Shown: positions 44,858-64,000 of the stretch, in pieces
Numbering within the stretch: the stretch's first letter is position 1
Layout of the letters: the number at the start of each line of letters is the position of its first letter
Notes under the pieces: model-generated
What the model saw: the letters and a program-made list of their open reading frames with translations, nothing else
What the model was told of the DNA's origin: nothing
Databases searched by the model: none
Translations under genes and position numbers: made by a program
Assembly (NCBI RefSeq): GCF_009914755.1
Contig: NC_060931.1
From: the human T2T-CHM13v2.0 reference genome, Homo sapiens
Strand: one strand, 5' to 3'
DNA: 64,000 nt

Positions 44858-45014
44858 CAGAGAATTGGTCTCTTAAAGGAAGAAAATGTTTACAGCTGAA
44901 CCTAATGCTAACTGATAGCAAGCAATCTGATGAATCAGCCTGGGTTCTTACTCATAATCACAGAAACTAATTCTAACGGGTCTGTGCAGAAAAGAAATGT
45001 AATTAAAGAATACT

Positions 45015-45303
45015 GGTTCACGCCTGTTATCACAGCACTTTGGGAGGCTGAAGTGGGAGGTTGTTTGAGCCTAGGTGTTCAAGACCAGCCTGGGCAACAT
45101 AGTGAGACTCCATCTCTACAAAAAAAAAACAAAAATTAGTTAGGCATAGTGGTGTGCACCTGTAGTCCCGGCTACTTGGGAGGCTGAGGTGGGAGGATAG
45201 CTTGAGCCTGGGAGGTCAAGGATGCAGTGAGCTGTGATTGTGCCACTGCCCTCCAGGCTGAGCGAAAGAGCAAGATCTTGTCTCAAAAAGAATGAAAAAA
45301 AAA
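45015..45303 (+). mobile_element. Alu (AluJ-like), followed by a GA-rich tract to ~45388
   Basis: Sense dimer. Confidence 0.92.
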
Positions 45304-45388
45304 GAAGGAGGAGGAGGAGGAGCAGGAGGAGAAGGGGAAGGGGAGGAGGAAGAAGAAGAAACAGGAAGAAGGAGAAGAAGAAAGAAGG

Positions 45389-45805
<417 letters not shown>

Positions 45806-46724
45806 TCAGGAACAAGCCTCAAGTCACAGAATAGAACTGGTTCAATGCAGCTATCACAGCTCATGCTGTTAGAAGCAAAAGCAACCCAGCTGATTCCCTC
45901 TCTCTAGACATTAGATGTAGCTGTGGCTATCCAGTTTCAAAGTGAGCATGCCTGGTACCTGCTCCTCTTTCTCCCTAGCCTCTGATTGGTGGTACACAGG
46001 TCACATGGCAGGATCCTAGCTTTAAGGGAGGCTGGGAAAATGATCATCAGTCTATAGTGGCCAGTGCTGGACCACCAGGACGAATAATCAATGGCTACAA
46101 CATCCACCCGAGTGTTCCCTATAGCTGCTGCTGAATCAGAACCTCGATGATGTTTGCTGCATAGAGCCTCTGATTTATAATGTCTGTGTGTAGGAAATCC
46201 CTGATGGACAGCAGCTTATCTCCCTGACTTAATCAGCAGCACCATTGAATGCTTTACATTGCCTGTCACTTTGGATTGAATGAGGCTGAGTGGCGCCTCT
46301 TGAAATTCCCTGGCCCACCTTGAGGAGAAATTTGTCCATGCACCAGGCAGGTCGTGGGCAGCAGATAGTTCCTGACCCAGCAGAAAATTTCCCCTACTGC
46401 TCCTTGTCCAGGTTGCTGTTTCCTTCTGCTTTATCCTTGAGAGCCTCCATTAAGCAGCTGTTCTCTGGACCCAGCCATTACCACCAGGACAGAGGAACTG
46501 TTTTGCTGCATAACTTGGACTCAACGCAGATTCTGCATAAAGCGAGGGCTTTGGACTCCGAGACTTCTGAAGACCCCTCCAGCTCAGACTGATGTTTCAG
46601 GGTTTGATGCTGCTGTGGTTTCTAAATTTCCTGGGGGCCCCTCCTGGACGTAGGGCCCCTCCTCGACGCCATGGCTCAGGAGGCAGAGAGCTTTCCAAAT
46701 GGCCTAGTTTCTATTAAAATGTCT

Positions 46725-47958
<1,234 letters not shown>

Positions 47959-48784
47959 GTCTGCTCGCTCTGAGCTCAGTGTCTTCAAAAGCTCTCTGCT
48001 GGGTCCTATTAGCAGGACTAAAGGCAAGTAACATAGTGCCAAAATATCTCATCAATTCAGTCGATTCGTTGATAATTGTAATCAATACAGAGGAAAAAAC
48101 TAGCCGACCCTTTCTGCACCTGTTCTCCTAGGAAAGAGCCACCTGACTCCCTAACCTGCATGAGCTGATGGCCTGGAGACATGGCTCCCCTGAGCCAGCA
48201 AACCTGACTTGTGGAAAGGTGCAACTCCTCTTACCTAGTCCAAAATTGCATAGGAGTTTTTGCTGTCTAATGACCTCAGCTGCCTTCTGAACACAGAAGT
48301 GCACACCCAGATTGGAATAAAGATGCGACAAATAGAATTCTATCTCCGTGTGTCTATACCTTGCTCAGAAACAAGGCAGAATAGCAAAATGGAAAAGCTA
48401 TATGCCATCACCAGACAGCAACAATCCTTCAAGTAAGATTTTAAAAAAGAATACATGGAATGTAGCCAACCATCCCCACTAAAAATAAAACACTCCACTT
48501 CCCTCAGCCGATTCAATTATCTCTCTAAAAAAGGGCTTTTTTTTAACACCTCCCAGCAGGCAGCAGATTCAGTGAGTTGGTGAGGATAACAGTGAATAAT
48601 TAAGCAACCAGTGCCCAAGGTGTGAAGGAAAACATGGACTGGCTCAACTAGGAGCAGCAGTGTCTAAGCTCCATGAATATAAATGTTTAGAAATGAATAT
48701 TATTGCCTAGTGCCATCTGGAATATTTTTCATTATGTAGAGCATGTTTTGGAAAACTCTTAATGATTTCCTTTTTTGCATGCAT

Positions 48785-48928
48785 GAGACAGGGTCTCCCT
48801 CTGTTGCCCAGGCTGGACTGCAGTGGCGTGATCACAGCTCACTGCAGCCTTGACCTCCTGAGCTCAAGCCATCCTCCCACCTCAGCCTCCCAAAGTGCTG
48901 AGATTACAGGTGTAAGCCACCGCATCCC
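48785..48928 (-). mobile_element. Monomer-length Alu (FAM-like or arm-deleted AluJ)
   Basis: Right-arm 3' part joined to left-arm 5' part; flanks share taatgattt. Confidence 0.85.
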
Positions 48929-49032
48929 ACTAATGATTTTCTAACTGTGAAGCCATCCCTGTGACAAAGACTCTGTCCTTGACATGATATTGCTCTGAGT
49001 TGAAATTCTCACCTGGAAAATCTGCCAACGTA

Positions 49033-49489
<457 letters not shown>

Positions 49490-49819
49490 CTATCATTTAG
49501 AGACCATCACCGTCAGTATTCTAATGTTTTGGTGATTTCCTTCCAGTTTATGAATATGCGTGAGTATAAATATGCATATGAGTATGAGATCACACGACCT
49601 CCTTTTACTAATACGGTCACATGGGCATTTTGTCTTGTTCACACGGTCACTCCTGGTTGGGTCACATTTGCATGGTTCCTGCTTTCCTGCTTTTTACAGC
49701 CTTTGACCTCTGTCCTCTGGCTGGAATACTCTCACCTTCCTTATGTTTTCCAACCTTGTCCAACCTCACCAAGATGTGATTCTCTGCTATTTATGCCTCT
49801 CTGAAATGTACATTTTACG

Positions 49820-50605
<786 letters not shown>

Positions 50606-50764
50606 TGCATTGGAGTTTCTGTGCTCAGGGCCTGTACTGCGCAATCAGGCCTTTCTGGGGACATAGCAGCTGACACTGCCGGACCCCAGCTCTCTGGCCA
50701 GGTCTCTGGCTCCCATGGACAGCCTCTCCAGAGAGTCACCATTCACTACCCGTTCTCCCACCAG

Positions 50765-51360
<596 letters not shown>

Positions 51361-51790
51361 CATTCTTTTCTTTGAAATCCCCCCCACTTTTTCTTTTTTT
51401 TTGTAGCGTGAAAGAGTTTGCAATCATTTTTCTCTGTGAGAATTATTAGCTCACAAATTTTCCATTTCTTAGCCACCTCGGTAAGAAGAAAAATCACAAA
51501 TGGTTGTTCTCCAAGGAATCGGGGGTCGTCAAGCAAGACCCACATAAATGCCACCAGCAGAGGAGAACAGAGGCTGTTTCCAGGGCTGCCCAGAGATGTC
51601 CCACATATTTTTTGTCACCTGATACCTCCTAGGGGCAAAGAAGTCCCCATTTTCCAGCTAAGAGATAGCTGAGTTGTTTTATCTTATGGTATTGGCCTCT
51701 GTGCCGAAGCCCCCTCTGATCTGTCCTTTCCCTGGGTCTCCATCCATCTGCCTGAGCTGGACGGAGCCTCAGCCCTTCCAGAAGAGAGGT

Positions 51791-52731
<941 letters not shown>

Positions 52732-53121
52732 AGGTGAGCAGATGGGGTTGGTCAATTTCCCCCAAGAGGAAATAGATGCAGAGAGAGAAACTAATAACCT
52801 CAAGGCCCAAATGAAGTCAGTAGCAGAAGGCTGGCTTCCTCAAAAGCCCATCCTTCCTGCTGATGATCAAATACTGCCCTAGTCTTCTTGGCATCACCCA
52901 CAGGAAAACAGAGGCACTCTGATTCCTGCATGGGTAAAATGGGCACAGCTCCACCCTCAGAGGACTTATTCAGGGGAGCGATGTCATACCTCACAGGAGA
53001 TGCCTGCGAGCCACCTGGGACACACAGCTGTCCAGGCATCCTGAACCAAGTCTGCAATTGTTTATGGCTTATTCATGGGGAATCAGAGAAGGGCAAACAC
53101 GCTTGCCCTCTTAGCAGATGA

Positions 53122-53806
<685 letters not shown>

Positions 53807-54848
53807 GAAAAGCCCCATTTCTAACAAAGTTTGGCAATTAAATAAGTAGCCACAACTCCTTCTGCTATTAAATAATAAAGCCATTGAGTGTTACACAGAA
53901 AGAACCACAAATTCCGGCCAAGCCTGTTGGTGGCTGTTGGAACTGCCCTAATAAACAATTTCAGGTACAAGCAGGTGTGGCAGAGGGAGGTGCAGGAAGT
54001 TCCCTGGGGCCTCCCAGCCTAGGCCCCCCAGCAGTGGGAGTGGGGGCCTGCTGGTGAGGCCTGGCTTCCTGCTGGGCTCTGAACCCAAAAAGAAGCCAAA
54101 GGCAGACCCAGAGAGCAACTGCAAACAGTGATGAGATGGTTGATTTGGGTGACCTTGGACCCGGGATTCTGGACGGCTGGGTTACAGGGGAGTCACTTCC
54201 TCACTTCTCACCTTATAGGGTCACATGGAGCGTTTGCTCCCCAGCGATTTGGGGAAGGTAGAAGCGACTCCTTAGAGTATCTTGAAGTAGGGGCTTACAA
54301 TCAGACAGACAGAGAAAAAGCTCCCCCTATTCCTCTTTCCCGCTGCCCCTCACTGAGATACGTGGATGAGACAGGGTGGCATTGCATGGGGTGGTGGAGA
54401 GTCCCAGGCGGGTCTTGCTGGAGGAGCTCCCCAAGGACTCCCTTTGCTGGAAGGCTCCAGTCCCCGTTCTGGTCCAATGCCAAGGAAGGGACAGAGGATG
54501 ACGCTGCATGAGCTGATTAATCCCTGGGAAGACAACGGGCCCTGCCCTACCTGCCCATGTGCCAGTCTGGCACCAACTCGCCCAGCCTGTTCCAGCTGGC
54601 CTGGTAGAAACTGACGCAGCAGGTGACTCCCTCGGTTTTATGGGCTTGGGGCAAAAGTCGTGTGGCCAGCAGAGTGGCTGAGGCAGGTAGAGTTTTCCAC
54701 AGCGGCCTGGGCTCTCCTTGTCCTAGAAGTCTAACAAGTCATCTTCTTGTTTACCCTGGTGCCTCCCTGGAACATAACCTGACACATCACGGGCACTTCC
54801 TGTGTGTGTTGAAATAATTGTCAAAGAATTGGTAAGGAGCAGATGTGA

Positions 54849-55090
<242 letters not shown>

Positions 55091-55324
55091 ATATTACTGT
55101 TTTAAAATACATGTAATTGTATTGAGTCTATCTTCTCTAAGGACAAAGGTTTACTCAGCAACTATTAACTTCAGGGTAGAGCTTGTTCTCCACCTCTGCT
55201 CTTCACCCTACTCCCCAGCCCCGATCTCACCAGAAAGCAAACCTTAACAGGGTCTCTCACCTGAGGGGTATCCAGGAGCAATTTGGTCCACACCTCATCT
55301 TCGCAAAAAGCTTTTAACGTATAC

Positions 55325-55632
55325 TTTGTTGTTGTTGAAACAGGATCTTGTTCTGTTGCCTAGGCTGGAGTGCAGTGGTTCAATCATGGCTCACTGCAGC
55401 CTTGATCTCTTAGGCTCAAGTGATCACAATCCTCCTGCCTCAGCCTCCTGAGTAGCTGGGACTACAGGTGTGCGCAGCCATGCCGGCTAATTTTTTTTTT
55501 TTTTTCTGTAGAGATGGGGCCTTGCTATGTTGCCCAGGGCAGTCTTGAACTCTTGGTCTCAAGTGATCTTCCCACCTCAGCCTCCCAAAGTGCTGGGATT
55601 ACAGGCATGAGGCACCGAGGCATGAGACGGGC
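55325..55632 (-). mobile_element. Alu (AluJ-like)
   Basis: Antisense dimer. Confidence 0.92.
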
Positions 55633-55689
55633 CTCAATGTACACTTTTGACGTTATTCGGTTTTGACTCTGATACTTAGCAAGGATGCC

Positions 55690-55810
55690 GGAGCCAGGCT
55701 ACCTGAGTGTGAACCCTGCTTCTGTCACTTACTAGCTATGTGACCTTGGCCAAGGTCCTTATCTTCTCTGTTTCTGTCTCCTCATCCACAAAATGGGAAT
55801 AAGGATAGAT
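55690..55810 (+). mobile_element. MIR; resumes at ~56140-56195
   Basis: 'cacttactagctatgtgaccttggccaag...ctcatccacaaaatgggaataa'. Confidence 0.85.
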
Positions 55811-55811
55811 T

Positions 55812-56135
<324 letters not shown>

Positions 56136-56901
56136 AGCTTAAAGAGTTATTACTTATAAAGTGCTTACAGCAGTGTCTGACACATCAAAAGTGATCTGCA
56201 AGTCATTGTCGAATAAAACTTACCTCGAAAGGAAGGCATGAATACTAATGAGCTTGGAAAAAAAATGTTCATAATACAATTTTAAAATGGTATTTCATTC
56301 CCGAATCTCACTATCTGCTGTGTACTTTTTATCAATCCTGCTGTAATTATTTTGTGCATAGCATCATTATATAGCTGTATAAATTATGTACATTAAAAGT
56401 GTTAATTTGTTAGACTTAAATGTGTTAGCACGTTTTTACCATATTGGGTGGTTTCCGCACCCCCTCCAAAAATGGGTGGTGGCTCAAGGCTCTGTTGGCA
56501 GCTGGTGAGCTGTCCCTGAGTTACACAGGTTTAGAGGCAACAACAGGTAAGGACTTTGCACAAAGGCATTTGGAAAGACAGCCAATTGTCCATCATGATA
56601 TCTCATCATTGCCCAGTTTGGTAATTGATGTATCATTTGCATTAATGATATACCACACATCATTATGCAGATAAAGTCGGCTATCATCCAGAATGAGGCA
56701 CACAGCCTTTGATTGGCAGAGAACTAGGGAGAGTCAAATGACTTTTAACCTACTTGGTCTCCTTATTTGCCTAATGCTGAATTAAAGTCACGCAACCATG
56801 ACAGGGATTCAAGTCAAGCAAAGGTGATCGTAAAGACCCGCAGGAGGGTGTCCTATGGCGAGGCCACTGATGTGCCGGCTAGGGGTTAACAAGTGGCTCT
56901 T

Positions 56902-57208
56902 GGCTGGGTGCGGTGGCTCATTCCTGTAATCCCAGCACTTTGGGAGGCTGAGGTGGGAGGATCACTTGAGCCCAGGAGTTGGAGACCAGCCTGGGCAACA
57001 CAGCAAAAACCCATCTCTACAAAAAAATGTAAAAAAAACTCAGCCAGACATGGTGGTGCATGGCTGTAATACCAGCTACCTGGGAGGCTGAGGTGGAAGG
57101 ATTACTTGAGCCTGGGGAGGTCGAGGCTGCAGTGAGCTATGGTCATGCCATTGCGTACTCCAAGCTAGGCGACAGAGCAAGACCCTGTCTCAAAAAAAAT
57201 AAATAAAT
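56902..57208 (+). mobile_element. Alu (AluJ-like)
   Basis: Sense dimer. Confidence 0.93.
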
Positions 57209-57209
57209 A

Positions 57210-57542
<333 letters not shown>

Positions 57543-57543
<1 letters not shown>

Positions 57544-57769
57544 GAAGACAGGAAAAGACACCAGGTATGCATGTGGCCGGAGGAAAGACCATGTCAGAGA
57601 GAACGCAGCCATCTACAAGCCAAGGAGAAAGGCCCCAGGAGAAACCAACCTGGTCAACACCTTGATCTTGGACTTCCAGCCTCCAGAGCTGTGAGACAAG
57701 AAGTTTCTGTTGTGTAAGCCGCCCAGTCTACGGCATTTTTTTTGTGGCAGCCCATGTAAACTAATACAC
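57543..57769 (+). mobile_element. MLT1A/B-like LTR 3' half
   Basis: 'gccatctacaagccaaggaga...caccttgatcttggacttccagcctccagagctgtgaga...aaactaataca'. Confidence 0.88.
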
Positions 57770-57978
57770 TCAGAGAGCAGTTTGCCCTTAGAATAGGCAG
57801 GGAGGGTTGCCCAGGGTTCTTGTGCTGGAGGTGCCCATGTATCAGAAGCACAAACAGAAATGTATCAAAGAACACATGGGCCCCCTGTCATTTGGGCAGT
57901 GTGCACCCTGTAACTAAACATCCATGTATCCACTCTCTTTTTTTAAAAAAAGGTTTTTTTGTTTTTGTTTTTTTTTTT

Positions 57979-58655
<677 letters not shown>

Positions 58656-58689
58656 AAAGTACATAATAAAACAATTAAAAAATGACTTT

Positions 58690-59154
<465 letters not shown>

Positions 59155-59843
59155 GTCAATAACCTTAAGAGCATAGGTAACATAATTAGGCATCAATAAC
59201 TTTTAAGCATTTATTATCTTTGTTTTTTCAATAACAACTTTATTGAGAGATAACTCAGACTATAAAATTCACCCCTTGACAGAGGTGAATTTTGTAGTAT
59301 AGTCACCGAATTGTGCAACCATCACCATCATTTAACTTTAGAATATTTTCACCACTCTAAAGCAAACCAAACCCCTATACCTATTCACTGTCATTCCCCA
59401 TTCCTTTCTCCATTCAGCCTCTGGAAATTACTAATCTACTTCCTGTCTCCATGGGTTTGCCTACTCTAAATTCCTGAAAATGAAATCATACGATGATGTA
59501 GCCTTTTGTGGCTGGTTTCTTTGATTTAGCATGATGTTTTCAGGGTTCATGCATGTTATAACATGTATCAGTGTTTCATTTCTTTTTTCCTGCTAAATAA
59601 TATTCCATTGTATGGATATAACACATTTTGTCAATCCATTTATTCGTGGATGGGCATTTGGGGGGCTTTGGCTTTTTGGCTCTTATGAATAATGTTGTCA
59701 TGAACGTTCATGAAAAAGCATTTGTTGGGATGTCTGTCTGTTATCATTTCTCTTTGGTATAAACCTAAAAATGGAATTGCTGGACAATATAGTGACTCTG
59801 TGTTTAACATTTTGAGGAACTGCTTGTTTTTCAATACCCCTGA

Positions 59844-60138
<295 letters not shown>

Positions 60139-60362
60139 TAACCTGAACCATTTTGTATTCTGATGGGCAATGAGTGAGGGTTCCAATTTCTCCATATTCT
60201 TCCTAATACTTGTCTGTCTTTTTTATTATACCCATCCTGGTGGGTGTGAAGGGGTATCTCATCATGATTTTGATTTTCCTTTTCCTCATGGCTAATGATG
60301 TTGCACATCTTTTCATGTGCTTATTGTCATTTGTACATCTTCTTTGAAGAAATGTGTATTTA

Positions 60363-60686
<324 letters not shown>

Positions 60687-61020
60687 TCATTTTAAAATTA
60701 GTTTTATTTATATTATTATTGAGTTAAGAGTTCTTTATATATCTGAACACAAGTCCTTAATCAGATACATGATTTGAAAATATTTTCTCACATTCTGTGG
60801 GTTGCATTTTCACTTGTGTTCTTTCAAATACAAAAGTCTTTAATTTTGATGAAGGCTAATTTTGATGAAGTCCAATCTTTTTTTTTTCGCTTGTGCTTTT
60901 GATGTGCTTTCTACAAAAACATTACCTAATGTAAGGTGATGAAGATTTATACCTAGGTTTTCTCCTAAGAGATTTATTGTTTTAGCGCTTACATTTAGGA
61001 CATTTTGAGTAAATTTTTTA

Positions 61021-61073
61021 AACTGCTTCTTGCAGATCACGGCTAACCCATAAGCAGCATGCCCAGAGTAGTC
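61021..61073 (-). pseudogene. 53-nt retroposed insert, putative copy of a short LTR-derived RNA
   Basis: Non-L1 sequence inside L1, flanked by gagtaaatttttta (61007-61020) and gagttaatttttta (61074-61087). Confidence 0.6.
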
Positions 61074-62909
61074 GAGTTAATTTTTTATATGGTGTAAAGT
61101 AGGAGTTTATTCCATTCTTTCCATGTGAATTGTCCCAGCACCATTTATTGAAAAACCATTATTTCCATTAAATTGTCTTGACAACCTTGCATAAAATGAA
61201 TTGACAGTAAATGTGAGGGTTTATTTCTGGACTCTCAATTTTATTCCATTGATATCTATATCTATCTTAATTCTTCTTATGCAGTACCACACTGTTTTCA
61301 TTACTGTAGCTTTGTAGTAAGTTTTGAAATCAGACCATGTGAGTCCTCCAACTTTGTTATTTTTCAATATTGTTTTGTCCATAGTGGATCTTTTGGAACT
61401 CAAAATGAATTTTAGAATCAGCTTCTCAATTTCTGCCAAAAAGGCAGCTTTTTGGGGATTTTGATAGGAACTGCATTCAATCTGTAAATCAGTTTGGGAG
61501 TATTGCTGTCTTAACAACATTACATCTTCTAATCCATGAACATGTGATGTCTTTCCATTTATTTAGATCTTTAATTTCTTCCAGTAATGTTTTATAGTGT
61601 TCAGAGTATAAATTATTCCTAAGTATTTTGTTAAATTTGTTCCTAAGTACTTAATTCTTTCTGACGCTATTGTAACTGAATTGTTTAAATTTCTTTTTTG
61701 ATTTCTCATTGCTAGTGTACAGACACAATTGATTTTGTATTGAGCTGTATCTTGCAACCTTGTTGAACTCATTTCTTAGTTCAAATAGTATTTTAATGGA
61801 GTCCTTGGTATTTTCTACATACAAGAGGATATTGTTATTGGTCAACAGAGATTGTTTTATTTTTTCCTTTTACGTCTGAATACCTTTCATTTTTTTTCAT
61901 GACTAATTGCCTGGCTATAATCTCCAATATAATGTGAAATAGAAGTAACAAGAGTAGACATCCCTGTCTTGTTCCTGATCTTAGGAGGAAACATTCAGTC
62001 ATATAGCAAGTATGATGTTTGTTATAGGGTTTTCATAGATGTGCTTTATTATGTTAAAGAAGTTCTCTTCCATTCCTATTTTGTTGAGTGTTTTTATCAT
62101 CAAAGGGATTTTGTCAAATGCTTTTTTCATGCTTATTGAGATGATCATGTGTTTTTTGTCTTTTATTCTACTAATATGGTATATGTTGACATTGATTGAT
62201 TTTCATATGTTAAACCAAGTTTGCATTCGTGGGATAAATCTCACTTGGTCATGGTGTGTAATTCTTTTCATATGCTTTTAGATCCTGTTTCCAAGTGTAT
62301 TGTTAAGGATGTTTGCATCTATATCCATAAGGGATATCAGTAAATAGTTTTCTTGAGCAATGCTGGCTTCATAGAATGAGACAGGATTCCTTTTCTATTA
62401 TTTGGAAAAGTTTGTAAAGGACTGGTGTCATTCCTTTCTATTAATGTATGTTTTGAAGTATTCAGTAATAAAGCTGTCTGGGCCTGGGATTTTCTTTGTG
62501 GAAAATTTTATGATTACTAATTCTGTCTCTACTCTTTATAGGTTTATTCAGGCTTTCTATTTCTTTTTAAGTCAGTTTTAGTAGTTGTGTCTTTCTAGGA
62601 ATTTGTCTATTTCATTTAGGTTACCTAATTTGTTGGCATACAGCTGTTAATAATATTCCCTTATAATTATTTTTTATTTCGGTAAGGTTGGTAGTGGTAT
62701 CCTGTATTTCATTTCTTATTTTAGTAATTTGAGGTTTATCTCCTTTTTTTCTTGGTCAGTCTAGCTAAAAGTTTCATTTTTGTCAATCATTTCAAAGGAT
62801 AAACATTTGGTTTTGTTGTCTTTTCTCTATTACTTCATTTATTTCTGTTTAATCTTTATTTCCTCCTTCTCCTAGCTGTTGGTTTAGTTTGATCTTCTTT
62901 TCCTAGTTT

Positions 62910-63052
62910 CTTTTTTTATTTGTTTGTTTTTGAGATGGGATCTCACGTTGCCCAGGCTTGTCTTGAACTTCTGGGCTCAAGTGATCCTCTTGCCTCAGCC
63001 TGACAAGTAGCTTGGATTATAAACTATAGGTGCATACCACCACACTTGGCTC
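62910..63052 (-). mobile_element. Alu monomer (FAM/FRAM-like)
   Basis: Monomer-length antisense Alu; flanks share ctagtttctt. Confidence 0.82.
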
Positions 63053-63150
63053 CATATTTTACTAGTTTCTTAGGTGGAACACTAGGTTATTAATTTAAGA
63101 TATTTCTTCTTTTATACTTTAGGTGATTAAAGCTATACATTTCTCTGTAA

Positions 63151-63570
<420 letters not shown>

Positions 63571-64000
63571 CCCTTTGTGAGTTCTTGATTCATTTGTTAT
63601 GTAAGAGTGTGTTGCTTAATTTCCACATATTTGTGAATTCCCCAAACTTCCTTTTATTGTTGATTTCTAACTTCACTCTACTCTTGTCAGAGAACACATA
63701 CTTTATTAGATTTTAATTCTTTTAAATTTATTGAGGCTTTAAAAGTGGCCCTGAATATGGTCTATTCTGAAGAATGTTCCAGATGCATTTGAGAAGAGTA
63801 TATATTCTTCTGTTCTTGACTGGAGTGTACTATAGATGTCTGTTGGTCTAGCTGATTTATGGTGTTGTTCAAGTCTGCTGTGTCCTTGGCTTTCTACCCA
63901 GTTGTTCTATCTATTACCAAAAGTGGGGTAGTGAAGTCCAAAGTATTATTTTTTGAATCGTCTATTTCTTTCTTCAATTATGTCAGTTTTTGCTTCATGT

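Noticed and set aside
56444-56687. Short ORFs in the repeat-free island, possible processed pseudogene
   Set aside because: No recognisable protein, poly-A tail or TSD
61221-61845. ORFs with reverse-transcriptase-like residues
   Set aside because: Frameshifted fragments of a dead L1 ORF2; the catalytic FADD region is decayed

Overview
Primate, most likely human, non-coding genomic DNA; AluY copies are present, but I cannot place the locus. About 100 Alu copies or fragments cover roughly 45% of the window (estimated by eye). The rest is old L1M pieces (including a ~4.8 kb L1 remnant running off the right end), L2/MIR, MaLR/ERVL/ERV1 solo LTRs, hAT DNA-transposon fossils and microsatellites. 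I recognise no protein-coding gene, tRNA, rRNA or CRISPR array. Nearly all ORFs in the track are Alu, L1 or simple-repeat artefacts. I found no convincing new biological system. The best leads are: (1) a 53-nt, TSD-flanked, tailless retrocopy of what looks like the first transcribed hairpin of an ERV1 LTR, inserted in the L1 at 61021-61073; (2) a small CpG-rich ETS/SP1/RFX promoter-like element at ~19420-19560 with no obvious gene; (3) a ~0.9 kb inversion between Alus that splits a MER45 element and an L1 fragment; (4) a 43-bp templated insertion copied from 1.7 kb upstream; (5) several repeat-free islands with enhancer-like or exon-like signals. Repeat subfamily names come from my recollection of consensus sequences and need RepeatMasker/Dfam confirmation. 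Most repeat boundaries are approximate (about +/-10 bp).
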